The translations under genes were made by a program, and so were the position numbers. From positions 9,724 through 73,723 of the forward strand of contig JAICYB010000009.1 of the NCBI GenBank assembly GCA_025934435.1: 64,000 bases of DNA, read 5' to 3'. The notes below the pieces were generated by a model. It was not told where the DNA came from and made no database searches. It was given only the letters and a program-made list of their open reading frames with translations. Positions 25,510-34,642 of this stretch are shown here, piece by piece (position 1 is the stretch's first letter; each line of letters starts with the position of its first letter). This DNA is from Actinomycetes bacterium (GTDB taxonomy: Bacteria > Actinomycetota > JAICYB01).

Positions 25510-26502
25510 ATGATGCGATATGTCGAGGTGGGCGGTGCGCGGATGTCGATCATCGGCCTCGGGACGTGGCAGTTCGGCTCCCGCGACTGGGGCTACGGTT
25601 CGGATTACGCGGAGAACACGGCGCGCGATCTGGTCGTGCGCTCGCTCGACCTCGGGATCACGTTGTTCGACACGGCGGAGATCTACGCGTTCGGTCGATC
25701 GGAACGCATCCTCGGTGAAGCGCTCGGCGAACGCCGTGACGAAGCATTCATCGCGACGAAGATCGCGCCGGTGATGCCGCTCGCGCCGATCGTCGAGCAA
25801 CGAGCGAAGGCGAGCCTCAAGCGTCTTCGGACGAACCGCATCGATCTGTACCAGGTACACGCGCCGAACCCCGTCGTGCCGGACGGCCCGACGATGACCG
25901 GCATGCGCCGGTTGCTCGACTCCGGCCTCGTGCGCTTCGCGGGCGTGTCGAACTACCCGCTGCCGCGTTGGATGTCGGCGGAACGTGCGCTCGGCGCGCC
26001 CGTGCTCTCGAACCAAGTGAACTTCAGCCTCGTGGACCGTCGTCCGCTCACCGAGCTCGTTCCGTTCGCGCGCAGTGAAGGGCGGGTCGTCATCGCGTAC
26101 AGCCCGCTGGCGCAAGGACTTCTCGGCGGACGTTACGACAAGGACAACCGTCCGTCGGGCATCGCTCGTCGCATGAACCCGATCTTCCTTCCCGAAGCGC
26201 TGGAACGTGCGCAGCCGCTCATCGACGCGCTCCGAGACATCGCTGCGTCCCATCAATGCAAACCGGCGCAGGTCGCGCTGGCGTGGGTGATCTCACACCC
26301 GAACGTGGTCGCGATCCCCGGGGCTTCGTCCGTCTCACAGCTCGAATCGAACGCGGAGGCGGCTGAGGTGACGCTCGGCGAAAGCGAGATCGCGCAGCTC
26401 ACCGGGGCGGCCGAGCTGTTCGAGGCGCCGAGCCGCCTGACGGCGATGGTTCGTGGCGTGACCGAGGCGGTGCGGGAACGTTACAGTCGTACTGTCTCAT
26501 GA
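25510..26502 (+). CDS. Aldo/keto reductase.
   Basis: MMRYVEVGGARMSIIGLGTWQFGS...LFDTAEIYAFGRSE...IDLYQVH are AKR signature regions. The start is 6 nt from the divergent ligase start. Confidence 0.8.
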   Translation: MMRYVEVGGARMSIIGLGTWQFGSRDWGYGSDYAENTARDLVVRSLDLGITLFDTAEIYAFGRSERILGEALGERRDEAFIATKIAPVMPLAPIVEQRAKASLKRLRTNRIDLYQVHAPNPVVPDGPTMTGMRRLLDSGLVRFAGVSNYPLPRWMSAERALGAPVLSNQVNFSLVDRRPLTELVPFARSEGRVVIAYSPLAQGLLGGRYDKDNRPSGIARRMNPIFLPEALERAQPLIDALRDIAASHQCKPAQVALAWVISHPNVVAIPGASSVSQLESNAEAAEVTLGESEIAQLTGAAELFEAPSRLTAMVRGVTEAVRERYSRTVS

Positions 26503-27659
26503 CGACGCAGACGTTCAACTGGGTTGATCAAGAGTTCCTGCGCGATCCGTATCCGCGCTATCGCGAGCTTCGCGAGCGCGACCCGATCCACTTCAACGAT
26601 GCTCGCGGCAGTTGGATCCTGCTGCGCTACAACGACATGGTCGACGTGCTTCGCAACGACGATCTGTTCTCGGCGGAGCGCGGCCCACAGGTCGAAGGCG
26701 CGCCGAAGTCGATGCTGTCGTCCGACCCGCCCACGCACACCCGGCTCCGCACGCTCGTGAACAAGGCGTTCACCGCTCGGACGGTTCGCAATCTCACGGA
26801 TCGCATCCACGAGATCGTCGACGGCTTGATCGCCGAGATCGCCGACCGCGGCGAGATGGAGGCGATCACCGACTTCGCGTATCCGATCCCGATCACCGTG
26901 ATCGCCGAGATGCTCGGCGTCCCCGCCCGCGATCGTGACTTCTTCCGTGATCATTCTCAGAAGATCGCCGTGGCGCTCGGGCCGATCGAGGACATGGACG
27001 TCGCGATGCAAGCGATGGACGGACGGAACCACCTCGTGGAGTACTTCAACGAGCTGATCCCGAAGCGGCGCGAAGATCCCGACGAAGACCTCATCACCGC
27101 GCTTCTGCAGGCGCAGGAGGCGGGCGATTTCCTCAGTCACGGCGAGTTGATCGTCATGCTGCTGCTGCTCCTCGTCGCCGGACACGAAACGACGGTGAAC
27201 CTGATCGGCAACGGCCTGCTCGCCCTGCTGCGCAACCCTGATCAGCTCGAGCGGCTTCGAACCGAAGAAGCCATCGGACGAAGCGCCATCGAGGAGCTCC
27301 TGCGCTACGACTCGCCGGTCACGATGACCGGCCGACTCGCGAAGCAGGACGTCGAGATCGGCGGGTTCAAGGTCAAGAAGGGGCAGAGCGTGTCGACGAT
27401 CCTCGCCGCCGCGAACCGCGATCCGGAGCAGTTCCCGGATCCGGATCGTCTCGATCTGACGCGCGACCCGTGCAACCACCTCTCCTTCTCGGCTGGGATC
27501 CACTACTGCCTGGGCGCGCAACTCGCGCGCCTCGAAGGTCAGATCGCGCTGTCAACGCTCGTCCGGCGTTTCCCGAACATGAAGCTCGCGAGCGACGACC
27601 TCGTGTGGCGTCCCGCGCCCATCCTGCGCGGCCTCGAAGCACTTCCGGTGACTTTCTGA
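26499..27659 (+). CDS. Cytochrome P450.
   Basis: Heme-binding loop FSAGIHYCLGAQLA (FxxGxHxCxG). I-helix LLLLLVAGHETT. EELLRYDSP (ExxR). ATGA overlap with the AKR stop. Confidence 0.85.
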   Translation: MTTQTFNWVDQEFLRDPYPRYRELRERDPIHFNDARGSWILLRYNDMVDVLRNDDLFSAERGPQVEGAPKSMLSSDPPTHTRLRTLVNKAFTARTVRNLTDRIHEIVDGLIAEIADRGEMEAITDFAYPIPITVIAEMLGVPARDRDFFRDHSQKIAVALGPIEDMDVAMQAMDGRNHLVEYFNELIPKRREDPDEDLITALLQAQEAGDFLSHGELIVMLLLLLVAGHETTVNLIGNGLLALLRNPDQLERLRTEEAIGRSAIEELLRYDSPVTMTGRLAKQDVEIGGFKVKKGQSVSTILAAANRDPEQFPDPDRLDLTRDPCNHLSFSAGIHYCLGAQLARLEGQIALSTLVRRFPNMKLASDDLVWRPAPILRGLEALPVTF

Positions 27660-29176
27660 ACCTCGTTTTCGTCCTGCTCGATTCGCTCAATCGCTGGGTC
27701 CTCGATTCGGACGAGTTCGACACACCGAACCTCGACCGCTTCGCGAAACAGTCGGTCGAGTTCACGAATCACTACTCCGGCTCGCTTCCCTGCGTGCCGG
27801 CTCGGCACGACCTCATCTGCGGTGCGTGGGACTTCCTGTGGAAGCCGTGGGGCTCGATCGAGATCTGGGAAGAGCCGCTCACCGAAGCGCTCCGTCGCGA
27901 GAACGTCTGTACGAAACTCGTCAGCGACCATCCGCATCTCTTCGAATCCGGCGGGGAGAACTACCACGTCGGATTCACGGCCTGGCAGTACGAGCGCGGG
28001 CACGAAGGCGATCCGTGGCGGACGCGTCCCGATCCGTCCTGGCTCGGTGCTCCGTCCTACGGACGCGGCTGGTTGCCCTACGACTACTCACGCGGCGCGT
28101 TCCGCACGGAAGAGGACTTCCCCGGTGCGAAGACGATGTCGGCGGCCGCGCGCTGGCTGCGGGACGAAGCACCGGCGAACTCCGGGCGCGTCGATCTTTC
28201 CGGCTGGCCGCTCGGCCGCGAGAAACAGGACCGTTTCCTGCTCTTCATCGACGAGTTCGATCCGCACGAGCCGTTCGACACACCGGAGCCGTACGCGTCG
28301 ATGTACGACGCAGCGTGGGAAGGTCCGCATCTGATCTGGCCCCCGTACACGACAACCGGCGAGCAGATCCTGAAGCCGGACGAAGCGCGGCAGGTGCGCG
28401 CGCAATACGGCGGGAAGCTCACGTTCATCGACCGCTGGCTCGGCCTCGTCCTCGACGAGATCGACGCGCAGTACGCAGACGACACCGCCGTGATCATCAC
28501 GACCGACCACGGTCACTACCTCGGCGAGAAAGACGCGTGGGGCAAGCCTCCGTTCCCCGTGTACGAAACGATGGGGCACATCCCGCTGTTCGTCCGTTGG
28601 CCGGGTGTCGAGCCGAAGACCGTCGATGCATTGACGACGTCCGTCGATCTCGCGGCGACGATCGTCGATGCGTTCGGGGCTTCGTACCGCCACAAGACTC
28701 ACGGCAAGTCCCTGGTGCCGTTGATCACAGGCAGGCAACCGTCCGTGCGCGACTGGGCGCTCTGCGGGGTCTGGGGTCGCGAGGTCCAACTGATCTACGA
28801 CGGCACGAAGTACACGCGCGCACCCGACGGCGACAATCTGCCGCTCAGTCTGTGGTCGAACCGGTGGTCGACGATGCCCGTGTGGCGCTTCCACGACCTG
28901 AAGCTCCCGCCGCCGGACGACCGCGCGACGCTCGACAAGATGCCCGGATCGAAGATCCCGGTGATCCGTCAGCCCTTCCGCGAAGGGGACATGCTTCCGT
29001 ACTGGGCGCTCGGCGCGTTCCACGGCAACCACCTGTACGACGTGTCGTCCGATTCCGAAGAGGTGGACAATCTCGCCGGCACGACGCGCGAGACGAGCGC
29101 GCGCGACCTGCTTGCCGACGCGCTGCGAGAGGTCGAGGCGCCGAGCGAACAGTTCGAGCGGCTCGGTTTAGACTGA
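27605..29176 (+). CDS. Sulfatase (formylglycine-type arylsulfatase family, alkaline-phosphatase superfamily). The start is uncertain.
   Basis: LNLVFVLLDSL N-terminal beta-strand, SLPCVPARHDLICG (C-x-P-x-R), ITTDHGHYLGEKDAWGK. The track ORF starts at 27470, inside the P450 gene, with an Arg-rich non-signal extension. I chose an in-frame GTG 17 aa before the conserved block. No signal peptide is evident. Confidence 0.6.
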   Translation: MASRAHPARPRSTSGDFLNLVFVLLDSLNRWVLDSDEFDTPNLDRFAKQSVEFTNHYSGSLPCVPARHDLICGAWDFLWKPWGSIEIWEEPLTEALRRENVCTKLVSDHPHLFESGGENYHVGFTAWQYERGHEGDPWRTRPDPSWLGAPSYGRGWLPYDYSRGAFRTEEDFPGAKTMSAAARWLRDEAPANSGRVDLSGWPLGREKQDRFLLFIDEFDPHEPFDTPEPYASMYDAAWEGPHLIWPPYTTTGEQILKPDEARQVRAQYGGKLTFIDRWLGLVLDEIDAQYADDTAVIITTDHGHYLGEKDAWGKPPFPVYETMGHIPLFVRWPGVEPKTVDALTTSVDLAATIVDAFGASYRHKTHGKSLVPLITGRQPSVRDWALCGVWGREVQLIYDGTKYTRAPDGDNLPLSLWSNRWSTMPVWRFHDLKLPPPDDRATLDKMPGSKIPVIRQPFREGDMLPYWALGAFHGNHLYDVSSDSEEVDNLAGTTRETSARDLLADALREVEAPSEQFERLGLD

Positions 29177-29183
29177 GCGACCC

Positions 29184-29852
29184 ATGAAAGAACTCATCGA
29201 CACCACCTTCTACATGGCGTGCCTCAAGCTCGCCGGACGACGCACGGTCGTCATCGGCGGCGGACCCGTCGGCCTCGAGAAGGTCGAAGGTCTGCTCATC
29301 TGCGACGCGAACGTGACGCTGATCGCGCCGGAAGCCGTGAAGCCGCTGCAGGACCTCGCCGCCGAAGGCTCGATCGAGTGGATCCAGCGCGAGTACGTCG
29401 GACCGAGCGATCTCGAAGGCGCCTTCATCGTCGTCGCGGCAACGAGCAACACCGAACTGAACACGCGCGTGTTCCACGAAGCCGAGACGCGAGCGATGCT
29501 CTGCAACGTGGTGGACGTACCACCGCTCTGCAACTTCATCCTTCCCGCTATCTGGCGTCAGGGACCCCTCGCGATCGCCATCTCGACCGCGGGTGGATCA
29601 CCGGCGCTCGCGAAGCGGATGAAACGTGAGGTCGAAGCGGCGTTCGGGCCGGCGTACGCGAGACTGACCCAGATCCTCAACGATTACCGCGACTGGGCGA
29701 AGAGCACGCTCCCGACATACCAGGACCGCAAGGTCTTCTTCGAGTCGATCGTGAACGGTTCGCCGGATCCGATCGAGCTCCTCCGTGCCGGCGACGAAGC
29801 TGCCGTCCACGAACTGATCCGGACGAAGCAGAAGGAAAGCGTTCCCGCCTAA
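29184..29852 (+). CDS. Precorrin-2 dehydrogenase / sirohydrochlorin ferrochelatase (SirC/CysG N-terminal-domain-like, siroheme synthesis).
   Basis: FYMACLKLAGRRTVVIGGGPVGLEKVEGLL (NAD-binding) and ...ISTAGGSPALAKRMK are typical of the family. 222 aa. Confidence 0.6.
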   Translation: MKELIDTTFYMACLKLAGRRTVVIGGGPVGLEKVEGLLICDANVTLIAPEAVKPLQDLAAEGSIEWIQREYVGPSDLEGAFIVVAATSNTELNTRVFHEAETRAMLCNVVDVPPLCNFILPAIWRQGPLAIAISTAGGSPALAKRMKREVEAAFGPAYARLTQILNDYRDWAKSTLPTYQDRKVFFESIVNGSPDPIELLRAGDEAAVHELIRTKQKESVPA

Positions 29853-29904
29853 GGGTTCGTTTCAGGGTCTTACCTGATTGCGCGTCGAGCCTTTCGGCGC
29901 GACC

Positions 29905-30822
29905 ATGCGGTCGGTGAACGCGATCGAGGTCTCTTCGCTCAGGAAGTCGTTCCGGCGACGGTTCCGCTCCGAGAAGATCGCCGTCGACGGTCTCGACCTC
30001 GAAGTACCGGCGGGCGGCGTCTACGGCTTCCTCGGGCCCAACGGTTCGGGGAAGACGACGACGATCAGATGTTTGCTCGGACTCGTCCGGCCGACCGACG
30101 GCGAGTGCAGCGTCCTCGGCTCGACGCATTTCCCGGAGGTGGTTCGCCGGGTCGGTTCGATCGTCGAGACACCGACGTTCTTCGGTGGCTTCTCCGGACG
30201 CCGCAACCTCGAACTCCTCGCGCAGATCGGGGAGGTGCCGCGCACGCGCGTCGACGGCGTGCTCGAACGTGTCGACCTCGCGGAGGCAGCCGACGACCGC
30301 GTACGGACGTATTCACTCGGCATGAAGCAACGCCTGGGGATGGCGGCCGTCCTGCTCAAGGACCCCGAACTGCTGGTGCTGGACGAACCCGCGAACGGAC
30401 TCGACCCCGCCGGCCTCAAAGAGGTTCGCGACCTGTTGCGCGATCTCGCCGATGAGGGACGAACCGTCTTCATCTCGAGCCACCTTCTGCACGAGGTCCA
30501 GTTGATCTGCGACTCCGTCGCGATCATGTCGCACGGGCGGTGCATCGCACAGGGCCCCGTCGACGAAGTGCTGCAGGTGCGCGGCGGGAACGCCTTCGTC
30601 GTGCGCGCGCCGAAACTCCGGGAGGCGAAGTCGGTGCTGACCAAAGCCGGATACCCGTCGACGTTCCGCGGCGACCAGAGCCTCCGCGTCGTCGCCGACG
30701 TGTCCGCGGCGGGACGGATCACCAAGACGCTCGCGGAGAAATCGATCTATCTGACGGAGCTTCGTCCGGAGGAGATCAGTCTCGAAGCTGTGTTCCTGGA
30801 GCTGACGGGAGACGTGTCATGA
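29905..30822 (+). CDS. ABC transporter ATP-binding protein.
   Basis: Walker A GPNGSGKTTT, signature LSLGMKQRL, Walker B LLVLDEP. Start taken at the internal Met (MRSVNAIEVSSLRKSF). Confidence 0.8.
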   Translation: MRSVNAIEVSSLRKSFRRRFRSEKIAVDGLDLEVPAGGVYGFLGPNGSGKTTTIRCLLGLVRPTDGECSVLGSTHFPEVVRRVGSIVETPTFFGGFSGRRNLELLAQIGEVPRTRVDGVLERVDLAEAADDRVRTYSLGMKQRLGMAAVLLKDPELLVLDEPANGLDPAGLKEVRDLLRDLADEGRTVFISSHLLHEVQLICDSVAIMSHGRCIAQGPVDEVLQVRGGNAFVVRAPKLREAKSVLTKAGYPSTFRGDQSLRVVADVSAAGRITKTLAEKSIYLTELRPEEISLEAVFLELTGDVS

Positions 30823-31766
30823 CCGGGCTGCTCCTCGCTGAGGCGCGCCGCTTCCTCTCCCGCCGGTCCTTCCGCGTGATCGGCGTGCTGGCCGTCGTGG
30901 CGGTGATCGGCGCGGGTGTGCTCGTATTCGTCGAGTCGTCGAAGTCGCTCAGCGCGTCGTTGCCGCAGGCGAAGCAGATGGTCACCGAGTGCCATCAGGC
31001 GATCGGGTCGGGACCGACCGCGCGCATCCGGAACGGTGGTTTGACCGTACGCGATGTCGCCTCGTGTCCGACGATCCGTCAAGCCGAGATCTTGTTCGAC
31101 AAGCGGTTCCACTACACGGACACCACGAAGTCGACGACGCAGAACGTCGCGTTCCCGTTGTTCTTCCTCGCCTTCGCGATCGCGGCGTCATTCGTCGGAG
31201 CGGAATGGGCGACGGGGATGATGACGACGACGCTTACGTGGGAGCCGCGGCGGGGCCGCGTCCTGCTCGCGAAAGTCATCCCGGCGCTCCTGATCCTTGG
31301 TGCGGCGGTCATCGTCTTGTTCGCTTTCATGGCCGTCGTGTTCATACCGATCGGCGTCTTCAGAGGGATCACGACGGGGATGACGGCTTCCTTCTGGGGA
31401 CACCTGGCCGGACTGTGGCTTCGCGCTGCGCTGATCGCCATGTTCGGCGCCTCACTCGGGATCGGTCTCGCGACGCTCGCGCGCAATACGGTGGCCGCGC
31501 TCGGGATCGGGTTCGTCTTCGTCGCGATCCTCGATCCGATCTTCTCGCATCTGTGGAGAGGACGGTTCGGTCCGTGGCTCCTGATGCAGAACCTCCAGCG
31601 CGCGATGCGGATGCCGATCGAACACGTCGTCGGACACGCTGCTTTCGGCAACCAAGTAACGATGACCGTCCAGTCGGCGACGCGACCGGCGATCCTGTTG
31701 TCTATCTACGCTGTGGGTCTGCTCGCAGCCGCCTACGCGACGTTCCGAGCGCGCGACGTTACCTAG
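30819..31766 (+). CDS. ABC-2 type transporter permease.
   Basis: ATG overlaps the ATPase stop (ATGA). Six predicted TM segments. The upstream 93 codons of the track ORF are Arg-rich and overlap the ATPase gene. Confidence 0.65.
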   Translation: MTGLLLAEARRFLSRRSFRVIGVLAVVAVIGAGVLVFVESSKSLSASLPQAKQMVTECHQAIGSGPTARIRNGGLTVRDVASCPTIRQAEILFDKRFHYTDTTKSTTQNVAFPLFFLAFAIAASFVGAEWATGMMTTTLTWEPRRGRVLLAKVIPALLILGAAVIVLFAFMAVVFIPIGVFRGITTGMTASFWGHLAGLWLRAALIAMFGASLGIGLATLARNTVAALGIGFVFVAILDPIFSHLWRGRFGPWLLMQNLQRAMRMPIEHVVGHAAFGNQVTMTVQSATRPAILLSIYAVGLLAAAYATFRARDVT

Positions 31767-32706
31767 CCGATAGCTCGTTCACTTGCGCCATCTCTTCGTC
31801 GGTCAGTCGCCATGAAGCGGCGTCGGCATTCGAGCGAACCTGCTCCGGCTTCGTCGCTCCGGCGATCACCGACGCGATCACAGGCTTCGACGCCAGCCAC
31901 GACATCGCCAGCTCGAGCAGCGTGTGTCCGTGCTCTTCGGCGTAAGCGCGTAGTTTTCCGACGATCGCGAAGTTGTCGTCCGACAGAACACCCTCGGCCC
32001 GCTCCGGCGCGGCTTTCGCCATCTGCGTGATGCGTGCACCTTCGGGGAGTGCGTCCTTCGACGTGTACTTACCGGTGAGGAGTCCGGACGCGAGCGGGAA
32101 GTACGGCAGGAACGCGAGACCGTCGCGCTCGCAGGCCGGCAGCACGTCGGCTTCGACGCCGCGCTCGAGCAGCGAGTAGTTGCTCTGGTCGCTCGCCCAC
32201 TGCGCGAGACCCTTCTCCTTCGAGATCCCTACGCACTTGTCGATGTGCTTGCCCTGGTAGTTCGAGCAGCCGATCTCACGCACCTTGCCTTCGCGGACGA
32301 GCTCGTCGAGTGCGGCGAGCGTCTCGTCGAACGGCGTGTCGCGGTCGGGGAAGTGGTGCTGGTACAGATCGATGCGGTCGGTCTGCAAACGCCGAAGCGA
32401 ATCCTCGATCGCCTGCTTGATCCAGCGTGGGCTCCCGCCCTGCGACTCTCCGTCGTCCGACATCGGTGAGCCGAACTTCGTTGCGATGACGGCTTCGTCC
32501 CGGCGTCCTTTGAGAGCGGCCCCGAGGAACTCTTCGGACTTGCCTCGCCCCCCGTAGACGTCGGCGGTGTCGAAGAAGTTGATGCCGGCGTCGAAGCAGG
32601 CGTCCACGACGACCTTCGTCTGGTCGGCATCGATGCGCATGCCGAAGTTGTTGCAGCCGAGTCCGACGATCGTTACGTCAAGCGAACCGATCTTGCGCGT
32701 TTCCAT
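31759..32706 (-). CDS. Aldo/keto reductase.
   Basis: VGLGCNNFG...FFDTADVYGGRGKSEEFLG...IDLYQHH are AKR signature regions. Confidence 0.8.
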   Translation of the reverse strand: METRKIGSLDVTIVGLGCNNFGMRIDADQTKVVVDACFDAGINFFDTADVYGGRGKSEEFLGAALKGRRDEAVIATKFGSPMSDDGESQGGSPRWIKQAIEDSLRRLQTDRIDLYQHHFPDRDTPFDETLAALDELVREGKVREIGCSNYQGKHIDKCVGISKEKGLAQWASDQSNYSLLERGVEADVLPACERDGLAFLPYFPLASGLLTGKYTSKDALPEGARITQMAKAAPERAEGVLSDDNFAIVGKLRAYAEEHGHTLLELAMSWLASKPVIASVIAGATKPEQVRSNADAASWRLTDEEMAQVNELSAR

Positions 32707-32832
32707 CTGGAACCTCCCCGTGTGGCGTAGGGGGTGATGTTAGTTTCCGGTTGGATGACGCCGCGAAACGACGGGGACGAACCGCTCCACGACGTGGCCG
32801 GTGGAGAGCCGCCCGGTGCGTTCGGCGAAGAG

Positions 32833-34638
32833 ATGGGGATGGCGCTCCCGGAGCCGACGGTTGAACATTCACCCGGCTACCTCCGCGTGCTGCTCTCGCT
32901 GCTCCTCGCGGCTACGTTCTTCGAGGGCTACGACGGCGCGATCCTCGCGCTCGTCCTCCCCGCGATCCGCGACACGTTCAACGTCCCGGAATCGCAACTG
33001 GGCGTCTCCCGCGCGCTGATCGAGCTGGGACTCGGCGTCGCGTTCTTCCTCGCGCGCGCCGGCGACCGTTATGGACGGAAGAAGCTCTTGCTCTGGTCGA
33101 TCGTCGGCTACACCGTGACGACCGCCCTGACGGCCTTCTCGGTCGATCTGTGGTCGTTCACGCTCTTCCAGGGACTCTCGCGCGTCTTCCTGGGGGCCGA
33201 GTACGCGGTTGCGGTGACGATGATCGTCGAGGAGTTCCCGAAGGAAAGGCGTGCGCGCGTCCTCGGCATCTTCCTCATGTGTGAGGCGATCGGTGCCGTG
33301 TTCGTCGCGCTGCTGTTGATCGCACATGTCGACCAAGGCCCGCTCAAATGGCGGACGCTGTATCTCATCGGGCTCGTCCCATTGCTGTTCCTCGCCGTGC
33401 TGCGCCGGCGCTTGCGTGAGACGCGCCGATTCGAGGAGCACAAACGATTACGAGGCGAGTCGAAGACCCCGTTCTTCGAGCCCTGGCGGCCGGAGTACCG
33501 GCGGACCCTCGTCCTCGTCGGACTCATCCATCTGTTCCGTTCGCTGCCGCTCTACGCCGCGACGACGTGGTTCTTCTATTTCGCCGAACGCGAAGCTGGG
33601 ATGAAGTCGTCCTTCCTCTACATCATCTTCATCGGCGCGTACGGGTTCGGGACGCTCGGTTACTACTTCGCGGGAACGATGATGGAGAAGTTCGGTCGAA
33701 GACCGACGGCCATCTGGTACGGGCTCGCGGCTGCGGTCAGCGCCTTCGAGCTGTTCCAGGTCCGGGGTGCGCCGTTGATCGGCCTCTTCCTCATCCTCGC
33801 CGTGTTCTTCGGGCTCGGCATGGCCCCCGTCACCGGTGCGATCTCGACGGAGCTCTTCCCGACCTACATACGGAACCAGTCGGCGGCGTGGGCACGGAAC
33901 GTGTTCGAGATCTCGGGCATCATCCTCGGCCCCCTGCTCGTCGGAACGCTCGGCGATCACTACACCGGCGCGCTCGGGTCGATCGGCGACGCGACGAGCG
34001 TGCTCGTGCTCCTCTTCCTTCCCGCGGTGTGGCTTGTGTGGCGGCATCTTCCGGAGACCAGAGGACGCGAGCTCGAAGAGATCGAAGCGGAGCTGGGCGT
34101 CGCTCACGCGCCGGTGACGACGGCGCGCCGAACAGCGGCGCCGGCGATCGTCGTGATCTGCGTCGTGGTGGCGATCGGCGGCCTCGTCTTCGGGATCCAG
34201 TCGCTGAACGGCATCACCCGCCATCCCGAAGGCGCGGCCGAGCGGTTCCTGCAGGGTGTTTCGTCCGGCGACTCGAAGGAGATTCGCCGGTTCGGGACGC
34301 GGTCGCTTTCGACGGCGCTCTTCGGGACGAACCACGGCGAGTTCGACGAGATCGAGGTCGGACGCGCCGATCAGCTCGGCAGTCTCGATCGTGTTCCGTT
34401 CCGTGTGACATGGAAGGACCAGACGAGGACGGGGCTGCTGCTCGTCGCCGACCAAGGCCGCGGGCATCCGAGCGAGATGAAGGTTGAAGCGTTCACGCCG
34501 GGGAACTTCGTCGTTCCGTCCGAGGGCGGAGCGCCACCCGGTCAAGCGCCGCGCGCGGCGTGGCCTATCGCGGTCATCTCCGTCGTCGCGCTGACCGCCG
34601 CAGCCGAGGCGATCCTTTACGCACTCCGCCGTCGCTGA
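32833..34638 (+). CDS. MFS transporter with a ~180-aa C-terminal extension (two extra TM helices flanking a soluble domain).
   Basis: MFS motif GRKKLLLWS, twelve TM segments ending ...RHLPETRGRELEEIEAELG, then TM13 (APAIVVICVVVAIGGLVFGI), a ~120-aa hydrophilic segment and TM14 (AAWPIAVISVVALTAAAEAILYAL). Start at the internal Met (MGMALPEP). Confidence 0.65.
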   Translation: MGMALPEPTVEHSPGYLRVLLSLLLAATFFEGYDGAILALVLPAIRDTFNVPESQLGVSRALIELGLGVAFFLARAGDRYGRKKLLLWSIVGYTVTTALTAFSVDLWSFTLFQGLSRVFLGAEYAVAVTMIVEEFPKERRARVLGIFLMCEAIGAVFVALLLIAHVDQGPLKWRTLYLIGLVPLLFLAVLRRRLRETRRFEEHKRLRGESKTPFFEPWRPEYRRTLVLVGLIHLFRSLPLYAATTWFFYFAEREAGMKSSFLYIIFIGAYGFGTLGYYFAGTMMEKFGRRPTAIWYGLAAAVSAFELFQVRGAPLIGLFLILAVFFGLGMAPVTGAISTELFPTYIRNQSAAWARNVFEISGIILGPLLVGTLGDHYTGALGSIGDATSVLVLLFLPAVWLVWRHLPETRGRELEEIEAELGVAHAPVTTARRTAAPAIVVICVVVAIGGLVFGIQSLNGITRHPEGAAERFLQGVSSGDSKEIRRFGTRSLSTALFGTNHGEFDEIEVGRADQLGSLDRVPFRVTWKDQTRTGLLLVADQGRGHPSEMKVEAFTPGNFVVPSEGGAPPGQAPRAAWPIAVISVVALTAAAEAILYALRRR

Positions 34639-34642
34639 CCCC

